Part shown: positions 14,885 to 28,561 of the stretch, one piece after another | Layout: the number at the start of each line of letters is the position of its first letter | Numbering within the stretch: position 1 is the stretch's first letter | Assembly: GCF_964355755.1 (NCBI RefSeq) | Contig: NC_092673.1 | Span: forward strand, 6,820,001-6,884,000 | Length of the DNA: 64,000 bases | Direction: 5' to 3' | From: Antedon mediterranea | Lineage: Eukaryota; Animalia; Echinodermata | The notes under the pieces: generated by a model | Told to the model about the DNA's origin: nothing | Seen by the model: only the letters and a program-made list of their open reading frames with translations | Databases searched by the model: none | Program-made: the position numbers and the translations under genes

Positions 14885-15391
14885 ATTACCTCCGCCAAGG
14901 AGGTTATGTTTTCACCCCTGAAAACAGCCTGGAGGCCACAGTTTTTATCCGATTCTCACCAAATTTGGCCACAATGATCTATGCCCCAAAAGCTCGGATG
15001 AGGGGAAAAGGTCAAAGGTCAAGGTCACAACTAAAAAAACTATTTTACTGCCTAGAGACCACAGTTTTATCCGATTCTCACCAAACTTAGCCACAATGAT
15101 CAATGACTCATCATATAATTGTGGTTAAATTTTGAAGGGTCAGGGTCACAAAAAATAGAAATAAAAACATAATAATAAAAAAAAACCTCAGCGAGATTTG
15201 AACCAGCGATCTCAACTGTGAGAGGCTGGATACATAAGCATTACACCAAACGCTCATCCACAACTTTGCAGTGTGCAGTTAGCCTATTTACACTTAGAAC
15301 TAATAACAAATATATAATATTTTCCAGGGACATTTTATGTAGGGGAATTTTACAGTAGGCGGAGGTTTGTCTCTGGGAGTACCCTCTAGTT
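14885..15391 (+). mobile_element. Non-autonomous Helentron-type (HINE/DINE-1-like) element with tRNA-like cargo
   Basis: 5' TTACCTCCGCC-AA-GGAGGT hairpin; subterminal inverted repeat GGCGGAGGT at 15358; ends CTAGTT; internal duplication and GGTCAAAGGTCAAGGTCAC. Confidence 0.7.
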
Positions 15392-16188
15392 TCACTATTT
15401 ATTCGGTTTATTTTAGTATAGGTTTATACATAACAAAAAAAACTGAAATCACTGTAGCTGAGCCGGTTGACTCATCATCAAGACAGTAGTTGTGTGAATC
15501 CCCTTCCCGTTCGGGAAAAAATCAATAAATTATTACCACAGAAGTATAAAATGGCGTAATTTAGTAATTATTCAAGTAGAACCACCTCCTCCTGGTTCTA
15601 AGAGAAGTTTTAAAATAGAGGAAGACTAAATCATTATCGTGTGTGCCCAGCAAAACTGTGGTAGGCCCAGGGAAGAGTTAGACCTAAGCAAATCAAAATT
15701 CTTTCAATTCAGAAACCAACAATCATAGCCAGAAGCTACCCGTAATTAGGACAATTTACATTCATACAATAAGCTCCATGCTTCACTAATTATAAAGTTA
15801 TTTATATCGAAAGGGCAAAACCATGGTAACAGACAATTTTAATTGAAAACGATGACAAAGCCAACCTGACCTGTTTCGATCATTATGTTGATAATAAGTG
15901 TTTAGTTTATATCTAAACGAGGCATTAATACGCCGTTAATTTGACTACTCTGTCGGTGTGTTGTGTTCTTAGCCCCAAGGTCCCCTGTGAACGTTAATTA
16001 CCCCGAGCGGGTGCAAACTAATGATCACTATTATAGCTCACCCTTTAATCAATAGCATAATGATTTCGGGAATTAGTTGCACGGGATTATAATACAGAGC
16101 CAATGTCTGAATAAATGAGATAGTAGACTAGACAACATTCTATTTTAAATGATATTGCTATAGCATTATTTTTCAGATAATTAAGGTG

Positions 16189-16253
16189 CCCCTCCCTAAC
16201 TAAAATTCATCTCGTACCGCGCGGTACGAGATGATTTGGAGTTAGGGAGGGGG
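16189..16253. repeat. About 65-bp palindrome with perfect 26-bp core
   Basis: CCCCTCCCTAAC..CATCTCGTACCGC|GCGGTACGAGATG..GTTAGGGAGGGG. Confidence 0.9.
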
Positions 16254-18261
16254 AATATCCACATATTATTTTCGGAGTTAATTATTATTCTTTATTTTAC
16301 TACACCGGCCTCCAACTATCAATACTAACCGACCGACTTTGTCCTGTAAACAATAGATACAGGTTTTGCGACACAGTTGTATTCGTCAACAGTTTATTTG
16401 TATACAGTCAACAGATACTTTCTAATTTTCATACTATACCTATAGTATAACAATAATTCAAGATTATGAAGGAGGAAGGGTGTTTAGTGGATGAGTTACC
16501 TCTAAATCCGCTATTTCTATTCTATCTTTTAATCAATGGTCAACAATAGCAGGCTATCGCATTCAAACAAAAACCCCAACAAGTTATTTCCTTGCACATC
16601 TGACCAATATACAATGATTTTCGGTAATAATCGGTCGTTATTATATCCCGAAAGACGTGGCTAATTAATAATAGGTATAATGTAATTCCAGGCCTAGCTA
16701 TCGACCGGTCGCAAACACTCCGCCGTCAACAGCTGGTCTTCCTCAGTGAACTACCTCAGGCCCAAAATGTACAAGAAACTTACCTTATACAACTTTTTCG
16801 AAATCGTCTTATTGTGTACAGCGTTAATGGTAGTAATGAGGGTTTCTCGTGACCTCATCTTGTGACAGAGTAATTAAGTCCCCGAAATGTAAAAACTGTA
16901 ATGGCAATTTAGCTGTAGGGAATCCACTTATTAGTTAGTCTTGGAAATAATATTAACGACTAATTGAATGTAAATAGCAGCTAATTCAAAGAGTAAATAT
17001 TCCTTAGGGATGTTACTATTCAATTCGCATTATGGTGGATCGACAAATGTCAATCGAATCGATTAGGTATGTGGATATAATCAACTTTAGGTTTATATAA
17101 ATGGTATTGTTAACGGATATTGATAATTCTGATTGATGTCATTGTGAGTGATGATACAAGGAGGACACGCGTTTCAAGGCCCGTGTGAACACACGTTTCG
17201 TATGCGTGTACAGAGTGTTGTATGAACGCGTCTTATAATTTTCCCGATTCTCTGTACTGTATCCAGAAAATGTCTAACACATTGTCCGGCTATTGTAGCG
17301 CATGAATTATGTTAAGGAACCGTATTTAGGGTGAATTGCGCCTACAGTAATGAGGCCTAGAATATTGGCTACCGGTACTGTATAGAAAATCTGCTGTAAT
17401 ATTTTAGTTCCACAGTGACAAATTACCACCCCTCTCCTTAATTTAATATTTGGAATTTAGGAATGAGACTCCATGGAAATGGACGAGGAACAATAATACT
17501 TGAAAACTTATGGCAACCCGTATTCAGGGGACATCTCAATTAAGGAGACATTTTGTTTGGTGGTACGTCTCAAAAGTGTCCCCTTAAAGAGGCTCTAATT
17601 TAATTATAAAAAGTGTCGTTAAATCTAATAATCGCAAAAAGAGAATTTTAGTTTTTATTTAAAGTCACGTGTTACAAAAAGCACCAATGAGTTACAGGTA
17701 TGATATTAAAACACTTTTTAATATACGTCAACAACGAATGATTTGCACTATTTAAGTATAAGTTAATAATATCACATTTACGTCAAACAGGACGCTAATA
17801 CATGAACCCAATCTTTTCAATATAATTCCATTAATATAGGCCTAATAAAAGATATCGATTCGTATAATATTATACTTACAAACATTAAGCTATATGAAGA
17901 AAATTAAATCCATAATATAAAATTACAAAATTAAGTCTTGATACTCAAGCAGCAGACGTATGGTGACTTTATTAAAAATAGGTATAATTATAATTACAGG
18001 GAAGTGTACGATTTCCATTATTTCCTTTCCGTTTATTTTCATTCTTTACTAAATATTGTATTTATTAATTTAGTTGATTAAGCACAGGCATAGAATAACA
18101 AACATATAATTTTTCGCTTGCCTATTGTACACTTTTTTTTTACCATAAAAATATTATTTATTTATATATTTTTATTTTATTTCTTTAGGCAATGTGGCCA
18201 AGGATTACCAATAGTAAATTAATTACTGTCCTATCAGATAGGTGGTAATTTTTTTTTAACC

Positions 18262-18378
18262 AGTTCACCGGGGTAACCACCTACTTTTCTCGAATAATGA
18301 ACTGGGTTCTTTAAAGTGCACACATGTTATAACTGTGTACACTGGACCTACGGTTTATAGTCCTTATCCGAGAGACTA
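18262..18378 (-). mobile_element. SINE central-domain fragment (DeuSINE-like)
   Basis: Minus strand GGATAAGGACTATAAACCGTAGGTCC...TTAAAGAACCCAG...AAAAGTAGG..CCCCGGTG; homologous to copies at 36.5 and 54.5 kb. Confidence 0.65.
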
Positions 18379-19769
18379 TCATGATAGGTATAATGGTATC
18401 AACCGTAATAACCGTTATATCGAATTTGCAAGAAATGATAAGCAGTATACTAGCGTTCTAAGCACAGAGAACCTTTATTTAGAGGACACCTTCGGGACCA
18501 AACAAAGTTTCCCCTGAATATGTTAAAACATATATATTTTAAATTTTTCGTACGTTTCACATGGAGAGCCCCGAATAAGAGGCTCCCTAAAGGGAAATTA
18601 AGGAGCCCATCTCCTTGCACCGGAAAATATCTCATTTTCATAGTATACCGTACGTTCCATAAAATTAAGAATAATAAACCTTTGAATAGGTTATTTGGTA
18701 GTTTTAATAAAGTTAATCCCTTCCGTAACAAAAATAAATAAATAGTAAAATTCAACCAAAAAACCAATTGGCTGGCAGCCAGTTTGACTAATGCTTTGCT
18801 TTAAATTAAAGTTTTTTCATGTAAATAATATCTTTTTCCAATTCAATTTTTGTGTATATTATTAAGCGTATAACTATGTAGTTATATTAAAAACAATTTT
18901 TTAAAGTTTATAACATGTTACATTAAAATGGCATATTCAACAACAACGATTTAAAAAAAGTTTTTTTTCAGAGGGACACTTTACATGTTTAAACGGTAGG
19001 GCTATATGTTTATTTATCGGCTAATTATCGATGGTTATGATTGTCGTAAAATAATTTACGCATACACACACCATTGTATTTCCACATATTATTATATAGG
19101 CCTATATTTATATTATTTACATTTGTGGCAAAATTCATTGACTACCATGATCATACAATTTATAAAGAATTTGGATAAATTTTACTGTTTTTATCATTCC
19201 TTCATATCAAGTTTTTTTTTTATTAGGAAGCCATTTTTTATATTACATTATACCTCATAAACAGTAAACGCCTTGGTAGCAACTAAAAGTTTGTAGCAAA
19301 CGATTTAAAAATACAAAATGAAACGGGTAATTTTAGCAGATTATTAACGTCAACACCTTGTTATGTATTATAACCTATGTTTCATTTTGCCTGATTGTGA
19401 CTAGATGTCTAGGCCTGGCCAGGATGTAGAGTACAAACGAATTGTGTTCTTACCATCGGGGGAGACTGGCTACGCGGACCGATAAACCTAAATCGGAAGA
19501 TGACGCCCTTTTTGCACTGTTAAGATACCATAAACGCTTCGAAAAAGAAAATAGTTCAAAATTAAGTTAAAAACGTATCCTGTGATAAAAATTCCGAAGT
19601 GACGAAATCAGTAAAGAATGAACCAGGCTGAAAAAGTTAAACTGTCTAAAATAAAGCCGTTCCCATCCTTCGTGTCTGCAACAAAGGAATTATAGGACAT
19701 ACGTTCAATTTGCTTTTTAGAAATTTATGGAACTTGAAGTGGAAAATGTTGTAACTTTGGAATCACACC

Positions 19770-19945
19770 TTCTGCCACCTAGCATGCCACTCGGCCTGTT
19801 GCTACCGAACTACGTCGCTTTTGGTCCGTTGCCACCTATACCTACGACACTCGGTCATTTGTCACCTAACTATATGTCACTCGGCCTGTTGCTACCAAAC
19901 TACCTCACTCTTAGCCTTTTGCCATACTCTGCCTGTTGCTACCCA
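19770..19945. repeat. Degenerate 30-bp tandem repeat, about 6 copies
   Basis: Recurring ACTCGGCCTGTTGCTACC at 30/90-bp spacing. Confidence 0.8.
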
Positions 19946-21059
19946 CGGTAGAGAAATAACTTTATCGATATATTAAACAACAAATAAATCCGAATACATA
20001 ACATAATAGGCCTAAGAGTATTTCGAGGTTGAATTGTTGAAAAAAAGAAGAAAATATATTGCATTAAAACAGTATATTATTCGGGTTGTTACAGCGCATA
20101 TGACACAAGAAATATTGATTAACATCGTATTGAAAATATTCAGTCTATTTAAAATATAGTTCAACATTACAAAGAACAAAGCGAAATGGCACGCATTGAT
20201 TATTTATTTCTTATTTTAGTACCGTTGAAATACAATCAGATCAACTATAAAGTTTATCCTTTAAGCCCGTATGCTATTAAAGTAGCGTTAATGTCGGGTT
20301 TTATTATGTCTCCGACCAAATTTGTTTCTACAAATCTTAACTTTCAGTTTAAATTAAAAAGAATATTGGCGTATATTAAACCTAACAGTGCTTTGGTTTA
20401 CACGCCGTCCGTAACAGTTCTTAAAGGGCAACCCTGGGTTTAAAACTGGTGTATGGCTTTTACCTACCTATATGACCCTTTTTATTATACATACAGTTCT
20501 TTTTAAATTGCTTATCTTTAATTTACTAGACGCATTTATTCGCGCGAATCGATCCCCGACTCCTGATTGGTTGCTGCACTTTTTGTATTGCAAAAAGTAG
20601 ATGGCAATAATGTACACATGCGTAGTAGCACATAAACCGAATCACGAAAATAGATTTGCCAAGTGGAAAACGAATAAAAATGATTTTTGAACGCCATTTT
20701 GGAAAATAATTGGTTATGTTTTTCACAATCAACACCACAAAAAAAGTGAGTATTAATGATCGCAAGTAATTTAATATGGCATATCGAATTCAATTACCCA
20801 GAATTCCTCATTAAAAACGTTCAATTAATTTGATTATCTTAGGGGTTCAAAGAAACCCCAGGATTATGATTAGGGTAATTGGGATGGAGCAGTGTAGGCC
20901 TATTTGAGTGTATTTTAAGGGGTGAATCATTTTAGTAACCACGAATATATTATGTCTCGTAATAGCTGGTTTGACTTTAAGATTTAATTTACCTGACATT
21001 ATGTATAGGCTGGACAAATGAAAAAGGCAAACGGTACATTAATATCAAACGTGCGTCAT

Positions 21060-21462
21060 TTACGTTAAATTGAAACGTTTCATAAAACGTCAACTTAAAG
21101 CTTTTCATAAACGTTAACTTGAACGTCAACATGAAAATGTCAACTTGAAAAGTTTCATAAAAAATCAACTTGAAACGTTTCATAAAACATTAATTTGAAA
21201 CGTTTCGTAAAACGTCAACTTGAAAAATTTCATAAATTTAACGTTAACCTCAAACGTTTCGTAAAACGTTAAATTATAACGTTTGTAAAACGTTAACTTG
21301 AAACGTTTAGTAAAACGGTTAACTTGAAACGTTTGTAAAACGTTAACTTGAAACGTTTCGTAAAACGTCATCTTGGAGCGTTGCAAGAAACGTCAACTTG
21401 AAACGTTTAATAAACGTCATCTTGAAGCGTTACAAGAAACATCAACTTGAAACGTTTCATAA
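21060..21462. repeat. Minisatellite, about 24-bp unit, about 16 copies
   Basis: Unit AAAACGT(T/C)AACTTGAAACGTTTC(A/G)T; explains the repetitive ORFs at 20989 and 21180. Confidence 0.95.
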
Positions 21463-22333
21463 ATCGAAAAAAAAAATAAAAATCAGTTATTTGTGATATG
21501 GTAGGTACAGACTATCAATCTTTAAATACATTTTAATAGTTCGTTATGCATGTCACCAGCATCACAACTGATGTTACAATGGCATGATTCATCGTCATTT
21601 ACACCTTCAGATAAACATCAACTGTTAATATAACATTAACCCCAGGGTTTACTCTATCATTACATGATTTTAAGAAGCTGGCGTTGGTGTCCGTAAAAAG
21701 CTAAGATTGTAATTTACGACATTAAAACCAATGTAAAGAATGCAGATGGGACCAAAGAAGAACATTAGTAACTCGTGTTTGTACAGCAGATTGTACATTT
21801 CAACTATATTGCTTGTCTCTTATGGCATGTGTAGCTTTCATGCCTTTTATGTAAGAATTTATTGCAAATACATTTTAAAGTTGTCAGGCCGGTGAGGGGT
21901 GGATGATAAATAACAGCCAAGCTATCATTAACTGCGACTCTAAATGACTCCACGAGTTACCGTTGACGATTGAAGGATTGAGATGAGGTAGAGAATACTT
22001 TACTTAGGCCGTTAACGATTTGACTCCCGGGAGGTGAATCGTCAAGTGAAGGGTAAATGTTTAATTTGAAAGGTAATCAATGAGGATCTAAATGCAGTAT
22101 CAATCTCCAGAGAAAACATTTACAATAACAACATCTTACTTTGATGCATCACACATTTTAATGTTTGAAAAGCGAACATCAATAATGTAATATACTAATA
22201 GTGAATGTATTAAAGAAGTTAGAATGCCTTGTATTTGACAGCACACAGTTTATTTGTTTTATTTTAGATAGAAACGTGTTTCAAACAAAAGGTACAATTG
22301 GTATGGATATTGGTAGGATCCCGAGTAGGAATA

Positions 22334-22637
22334 AGCTGGGTTACCACTGGGATCTAACGCAACGACGTAAGCGTAACGTAAAGCTTGGTTCCCACTAGAA
22401 CGTAACGCAAGGACGTAAACGCAACGCAAGCGTTTTAACCAATGGCAAGCGAAGTTATTAGACAGCAATCACAAGCGAATAAGCCATCGCTTGTGATTGG
22501 TCAATTCACTTGCGTTGCGTTACATCCTTGTGTTGCGTCGCTAGTGGGAACCACGCTTAAACGAGTTTACACGACAATTCGAATAACCGATACTTGCGTT
22601 GTGCTTACTCCTTGCGTGCCGCTGCGGGAACCAAGCT
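22334..22637. mobile_element. Harbinger-like MITE family B, outer older copy
   Basis: Ends AGCTGGGTTACCACT...GCGGGAACCAAGCT-TAA; interrupted by a younger relative. Confidence 0.7.
22382..22557. mobile_element. Harbinger-like MITE family B, nested copy with TAA target duplication
   Basis: TAA-AGCTTGGTTCCCACTAG...CTAGTGGGAACCACGCT-TAA; long imperfect TIRs. Confidence 0.85.
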
Positions 22638-23871
22638 TAAATTATTCCTTGTTTATTTACCGCCTAAAAATGGATGTTTGAAGATTGCAGTATTTGTATG
22701 GTACTAAAGACATGGTTCCCATCTGGGACGCAAAACATTGAGCAAAAAATAAAGCATTGACTTCAATATGACGTAACGCAAGGACATGAGCGCAACGCAA
22801 GTAATTTGATCAATGGAAACTTGTTGTATAGCGACTGGACACGGCCATCTCTGCGTTTTTGTCAAGTGATAACAAACTGCAGTACACAAAAAGCGTAACG
22901 TGAAATGAGTAACACTTTGTCGAGTTTCAGTACTTCGTAAACTCCACAGTATGCTATTGATGATTTCATGGCAGTTTATGTTGTGTTAGCTTTATTATAT
23001 ATAAACATAATTATACCTGAATGTGTAGCATTACTATTATAGTGTCGATGTTAACATTTTAATGTGATATAATCCAATTCAATTTGTTCTAGACGAAGAG
23101 TACGTATTAGTTACATGAAATTCATTAGTTTCAGAATTATTATCTTAATTATTTCGTAAACACATGCAGATTAATGAGAGTGATGGTCCGATCTGGTTAC
23201 GACCATTGACGATTGAATTTGGCGAAATATTTTTCATTAATAACCGAACTATATCGGAATACCGCAATAGGTCTAATAGGTCTACCATACAAAACCTCGA
23301 AATAAAGCTCCTCATCTTGAAACGATGGTTAATCCTTTAGTAGAAGCGAAGTGTACCGTAGTATCAAGTATATAATTCCGAGAAGGGGGAAACGTCTGGT
23401 CAAAAAATAAAGATTATTATTTTGGTGGTGGCGCTATACACTGTTACGTTGTTAATATGATCTGAACATTTCTAGGCGAATAATCTCTGTAATTATGAGA
23501 TGGATGAACAGAGAGCTAGCTAAAGCAATTAGCATCCGTTTACCGAAATGTTATCATACCGCTTAACAAAAATAAATACAGCGTGTATTGTCATTGGTTG
23601 CACATCATATCAAGTATCGCAGTATTATAAACTAAGTGAACAATTTAATTTACGATTGCAGAAAGGGGACGGTTCCAGTAATTCAACTTACCATTAAACA
23701 TGAAGTGACAGGGAGAGTTGAGATAATCAACGAAAACGGTATTTCTGACAGGCTTCATAAAGTGGGTCTATGTCGTCATCAATACCGGTATCATTCTTTC
23801 GGAATCGACTGATTATCAACTTAGTATTGGGGGCGCTATTTCTGAAAGAGTATTATACGTATCCCTGCCTG

Positions 23872-24045
23872 AAGCTAGGTTCCCAAGAACGCAAATAAAG
23901 GACGTAAACGCAACGTACCGTCTCGAACGCAAAGTACCGTAAGAACATTTCGTGTCACAAGTCACAAGACGTAAGCACAGTGCCGTAGCCGATATATTTT
24001 TAAGTCACTGTTTTCTGCTTTGCGTACGTCCTAGGCCTAGTGATG
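23872..24045. mobile_element. Degenerate family B MITE
   Basis: AGCTAGGTTCCCA..GAACGCAA..GGACGTAAACGCAACG; further relics near 22708 and 29.4-29.6 kb. Confidence 0.6.
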
Positions 24046-25386
24046 ATTCAACCGTGACTTATATAGTAATAATGTTATTGTTATGCCTATTAATGGGATT
24101 GTGGTGTGTATATGACTTTTATCAGTATATTAGCCATCAAGAGAGAAATGCCATGGCTGCCCTGTTCCATTTAAAACTTTTGTAATGTTACTTTACTTTA
24201 CTTCTTATAGGCCTACTTTCATGAATTGTCAATGTCATTATCGTAATGACTTGTGAACGCATGGTAGCGAATGTTGTATCGAAAAATATCATATCCACCC
24301 GTAACGATAGACACATACCTAATATTAATAATATTAACAAAATCATGGTAGACCTACTGACTGTTAATGTAGCACACATTAGTAGGCCTATATCCATGCA
24401 ATTTGATTGGTTAATTTCGTATCTGTATAAGTTCTACTGCTGTTTTGAGTATTTTTGTTTTATTCCGCATAAAACATTCGAGTGTTTGCTTGTTTTAAAT
24501 GGCTTATATAGTCTTTTCCGCATTGATTATAATGGAAGCAGTCGGTTAGTTAGAATACAGTTGCAATAATAAAACAAGGGTGTTTTGAGTTCGTTAAATG
24601 GGAAGATTATTATTTTTATTCATAGAAAGGCTGGACTGACTGACGTACTGTTTAACCAGACTTCGTTTCGTTAAATATGGAGTGTGCTATGTATGCTACA
24701 TAAGTCTGTGTAGGCCTGCACTAATCAGAGTTAGGCCATATTAAACAGAGTATTGTGAGCATATATGAAACATGCATTGCACACAGAGAGAAATACAGTA
24801 ATTCAAATCAATATAGGTTCCATTTATAACACAGCATTAACGACATTTACGATGATTCGAAATACAGTTTCATGAAAACGAAAACATTGCATGTTTATTA
24901 TTTCTACAGGAGATAATTTGACATAATTTAAAGAAAGCTCTTTCACTAATTGTATAACATTGCCTAATACGAGCCATATATATCTCGTCGCACAATGCCG
25001 TCAATGCAAGTTAAATGAATTAATTGAGCGCTTCGACTGTCAGCTGTCTAAATACAGAGGATAATGCTACCTAACAAACATGACGATAACTAAGTGCTGA
25101 AATGCTATCATAAAAACGTACATTGACATAAATGTGTTTTCTTGATTTAAAAATCCATGAACTCTTGTTATGCGAGTATACATTAGACATTGGTTGCATA
25201 AAGTGTGTTAAACAGACGATGGTTGTCGCTGTGAATTGATTACGTTTGGTATATAATATAATTGGTAAACTACATTGGAAAATGGAGGAAAATTGCGTTG
25301 ATGTTGAGACAACGAGTTAATTGTTGGGATAAACAAATTAATTGCTGGGGTAAACGAATTGACAAAGATGTCACATGACAAAATAA

Positions 25387-25516
25387 AGCTCTGACTACAT
25401 TATCAAACTAGTGTAAAGTGTATTCACAAATAAGGTAGTGATATGACATCATAATATCCATATTATGGGCACATCACATTTTTTGTCAGATAAAGTTCGA
25501 TAGTGTAGACAGAGCT
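25387..25516. mobile_element. Harbinger-like MITE family A (about 130 bp)
   Basis: TAA-AGCTCTGACTACATTATCAAACT...AGTTCGATAGTGTAGACAGAGCT; TIRs of about 23 bp. Confidence 0.85.
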
Positions 25517-28009
25517 TTTATTTAGGGGACATCATGTTTCATCTAATTGGCACGCAGGGTAGGCCACATCCTACTGCATAATGAATAAGAAATATGCCTA
25601 ATACACGACTAAAACACTTATCAAACAACAAAAAGGTGTGTATGTGGGAAGGTGGATAGAAAGGTGGCGAAATAAGTGGCGGTGTTGGCAGGAGGACGAT
25701 GACGACGACGGAAAGACTGAAAAAAGTTTAAAGATATTTCTTTCTTTACACACTGGGGTCATTTGTTGCTATGGAGAGGCAATATTGTCTCGATTAGAAC
25801 ATCAGTTTGACTAAATCAATTGGACTGAGATGAAAAGAAATTTAATTCGACTAGAAATTATTAAAAAAAACATTGTTTTTGTTCTTCAGTGAATCATTTT
25901 TGCGAACAAAAAAACTTAGGCCTAACCTAACAAATCTAAATGTTAACAAATACACATTGAGTAAGTGAACGAACGAACGCAAACTCTTTAAAAAAAAACT
26001 TGATCAAAAAAGCCGAACAGTCTTGTCAAAACAATCTTTCAACATCACATCCCTTTCTGAATTCTGAAAACCGTTTTAAATCTCTTCAAAGCGTATAATC
26101 TTTGTCAAATATCATTTAAGTTTAACAAGTACTATTGTGGAGTACTATGTACAGGAAATGACTTAAGTAATGGGTTTAGTGAGGAGAATGGCTTAGTTAA
26201 GGAGAAGAAAAGCAAAGATAAAAGATATTGAAAAATCTTAGGCCTACCTTTCGAACACAGCTCAGCGAAGGCTATACAGTAAAGCTTCTCTTCAAAGTTA
26301 ATCTACTGAACCTTTTGCTGATGCTAGGCTAACTTTGAGAATCACTTCTTAGAATAAAGCAGGGCTCATTCAGTCACAATGAAGCTTAATGATTGCTTGG
26401 CGAATTAACTAAGATTTCACAGGATCTGGTAATGGCTTGTAATGTATCGGTTGATTATATACCTCAGTCACAATCAATAATAATAAGCAATATCGCATTA
26501 ATTGCTTCTTTTCTTCCTTTTCGCCAAGCTTTTGTAAGGTAACGAACCAAAACCTAGCGTAATTACAGCATCATACCCATCCGGCACGTTCTACTGGACG
26601 TTAATTATTGCGTTATCCAAAGTACCTTTTACATTGGAATGAATTAACGAGTGGATCGTGTTATAAACATGGAAATGTTACCGCTTATAAGTGGTGAAAA
26701 GATGAATAGACGGTGTCTCAAAAGGCATCTAGAGGTTAACGATAAATCACAGGTTCAAAATAAAAGGCCGGTTTGGGATAAGGGGTTTGTTATCTGTAAA
26801 ATCACTATCATTAAGGTTCCAATGGAAGATGAGTAACGGTATGTATTCTTTTTTTCACATAAACTATATGATGAAGTTAACATAAAAATAAGTAAAGGTG
26901 GAGATTAGCGACATATGATCAACTAATGTAGTTTAAATATTAAATACAAATTTAGAAAAGAATAAAACAAAAAATTGTTTGATTGGGTAAGATACAGTAG
27001 AAGCACGATAGGAAAAAATATACAAACCTTTGTTATTCATTATTGCCATTAAGCATTATAGAATGCAAAGTAAGTGCCTGGAAAAAATCCCGATTTAATA
27101 TGTGTTTAAAAAATATAATATTTAAAAATATCAAAAATCATTCATAATAAAAACTGGTAGCACCTTAGAAAACAACGATACAAAATCACTATACGCAGAG
27201 AAGAAATTCATTTAGAGTTCAAACATAATGTTCGGAAATTATAAGACAGTCTTTAACTTCATCATGGATTTCTTAAAAAAATAATAATCAAAATAATTAA
27301 ATAACGAGCAAATTAGGATACAAAGTCTAGATTTATAGACAGTCAACTTAATTAAAAAATAAACATGAATAATATTTTCTTTCTATTTTTTTCCTATAAT
27401 TAAATAATTATTTTGTTTTGTGTCAACAACTGAATTGATCATTTATCGACACTGATGGAAAGTATTTTAATAATAGACCATTGATTAAATCATTAATTAA
27501 GTATTTAATCCCTGATTAAACTAAACATTAAGATGCACTTAATTTAGAACAACTTGTTTAAAATACGTAAACTTTTGGTCAGGTTAATAAGATTAAAGAT
27601 GTATTGTTCTTTATAAACATGAAAATGAAGATTATTATTTAAAAAAAAGACGTTGCATTTTGCAGTTTGTAGAAAGTTAATCACTTCCATAAAAAAAATG
27701 TTTGTTTCAATTAGGTAAAAAAATAAAATAAATAAACGGTTAAATTCAACCAAATATCCATTGTCTTCCAATCAACCTTAAATTACCATTTTTTTAGATA
27801 AATATTTTTTTTTTCTATCCAATATTTGGTCAACGTGAATAACACTAAATTACACTAAAATAGCATAGGCCTATTGAACATATTGAACAAATAAAAATTA
27901 AAACAAATATTTTTTCAGAGGGACAATACTTATATCTTTAGTATTTACTGTTATGCTGAACTTCAATTAAACGAGCAGATTTTAATTCCAAATTACAAAG
28001 AAACAACAT

Positions 28010-28372
28010 CCACTCTTAGTGTGAATGCTCACTATTTTGAGGAGTGGTATTATAGGATCACTCTTCAACGAGTGAAAACCACTCTTTCAAAAGATTGGAG
28101 CAATTCAATCATTTCAAAGAGTCAGTTTCACTTGGTCTTTATTAATAATACCACTCTTCAAAAGGGTGGAGGAATTCACTAATTTCAAAGAGTCAGTTTC
28201 ACTTGGTCTTTAATAATACCACTCTTCAAAAGAGTGGAGGAATTCACTAATTTCAAAGAGTCAGTTTCACTTGGTCTTTAATAATACCACTCTTTCAAAA
28301 GAGTGGAGGAAATCACTCATTTCAAAGAGTCAGTTTCACTTGATCTTTAATAATACCACTCTTCAAAAGAGT
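28010..28372. repeat. Tandem repeat, about 68-bp unit, about 5 copies
   Basis: CCACTCTTCAAAAGAGTGG hairpin plus AGAGTCAGTTTCACTTGGTCTTTAATAATA; CCACTCT at 28152, 28219, 28287, 28356. Confidence 0.95.
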
Positions 28373-28503
28373 GACAAGGTAAATCTAAAGAGTGTTTTTT
28401 GACTTTAGATTTTAGTTTACATTCTGAGCTGAGACATGTCAGCACACAATACGAACAGTCAACAATGTATTACAAAGACAAATACGGTCATCGGTATCTT
28501 ACT

Positions 28504-28561
28504 TCGGGTAAACCTCGGCTTTTTGGGTAAACCTCGGCTTTTCGGGTAAACCTCGGCTTTT
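28504..28561. repeat. Short tandem triplication (19-20-bp unit)
   Basis: GGGTAAACCTCGGCTTTT three times. Confidence 0.9.
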
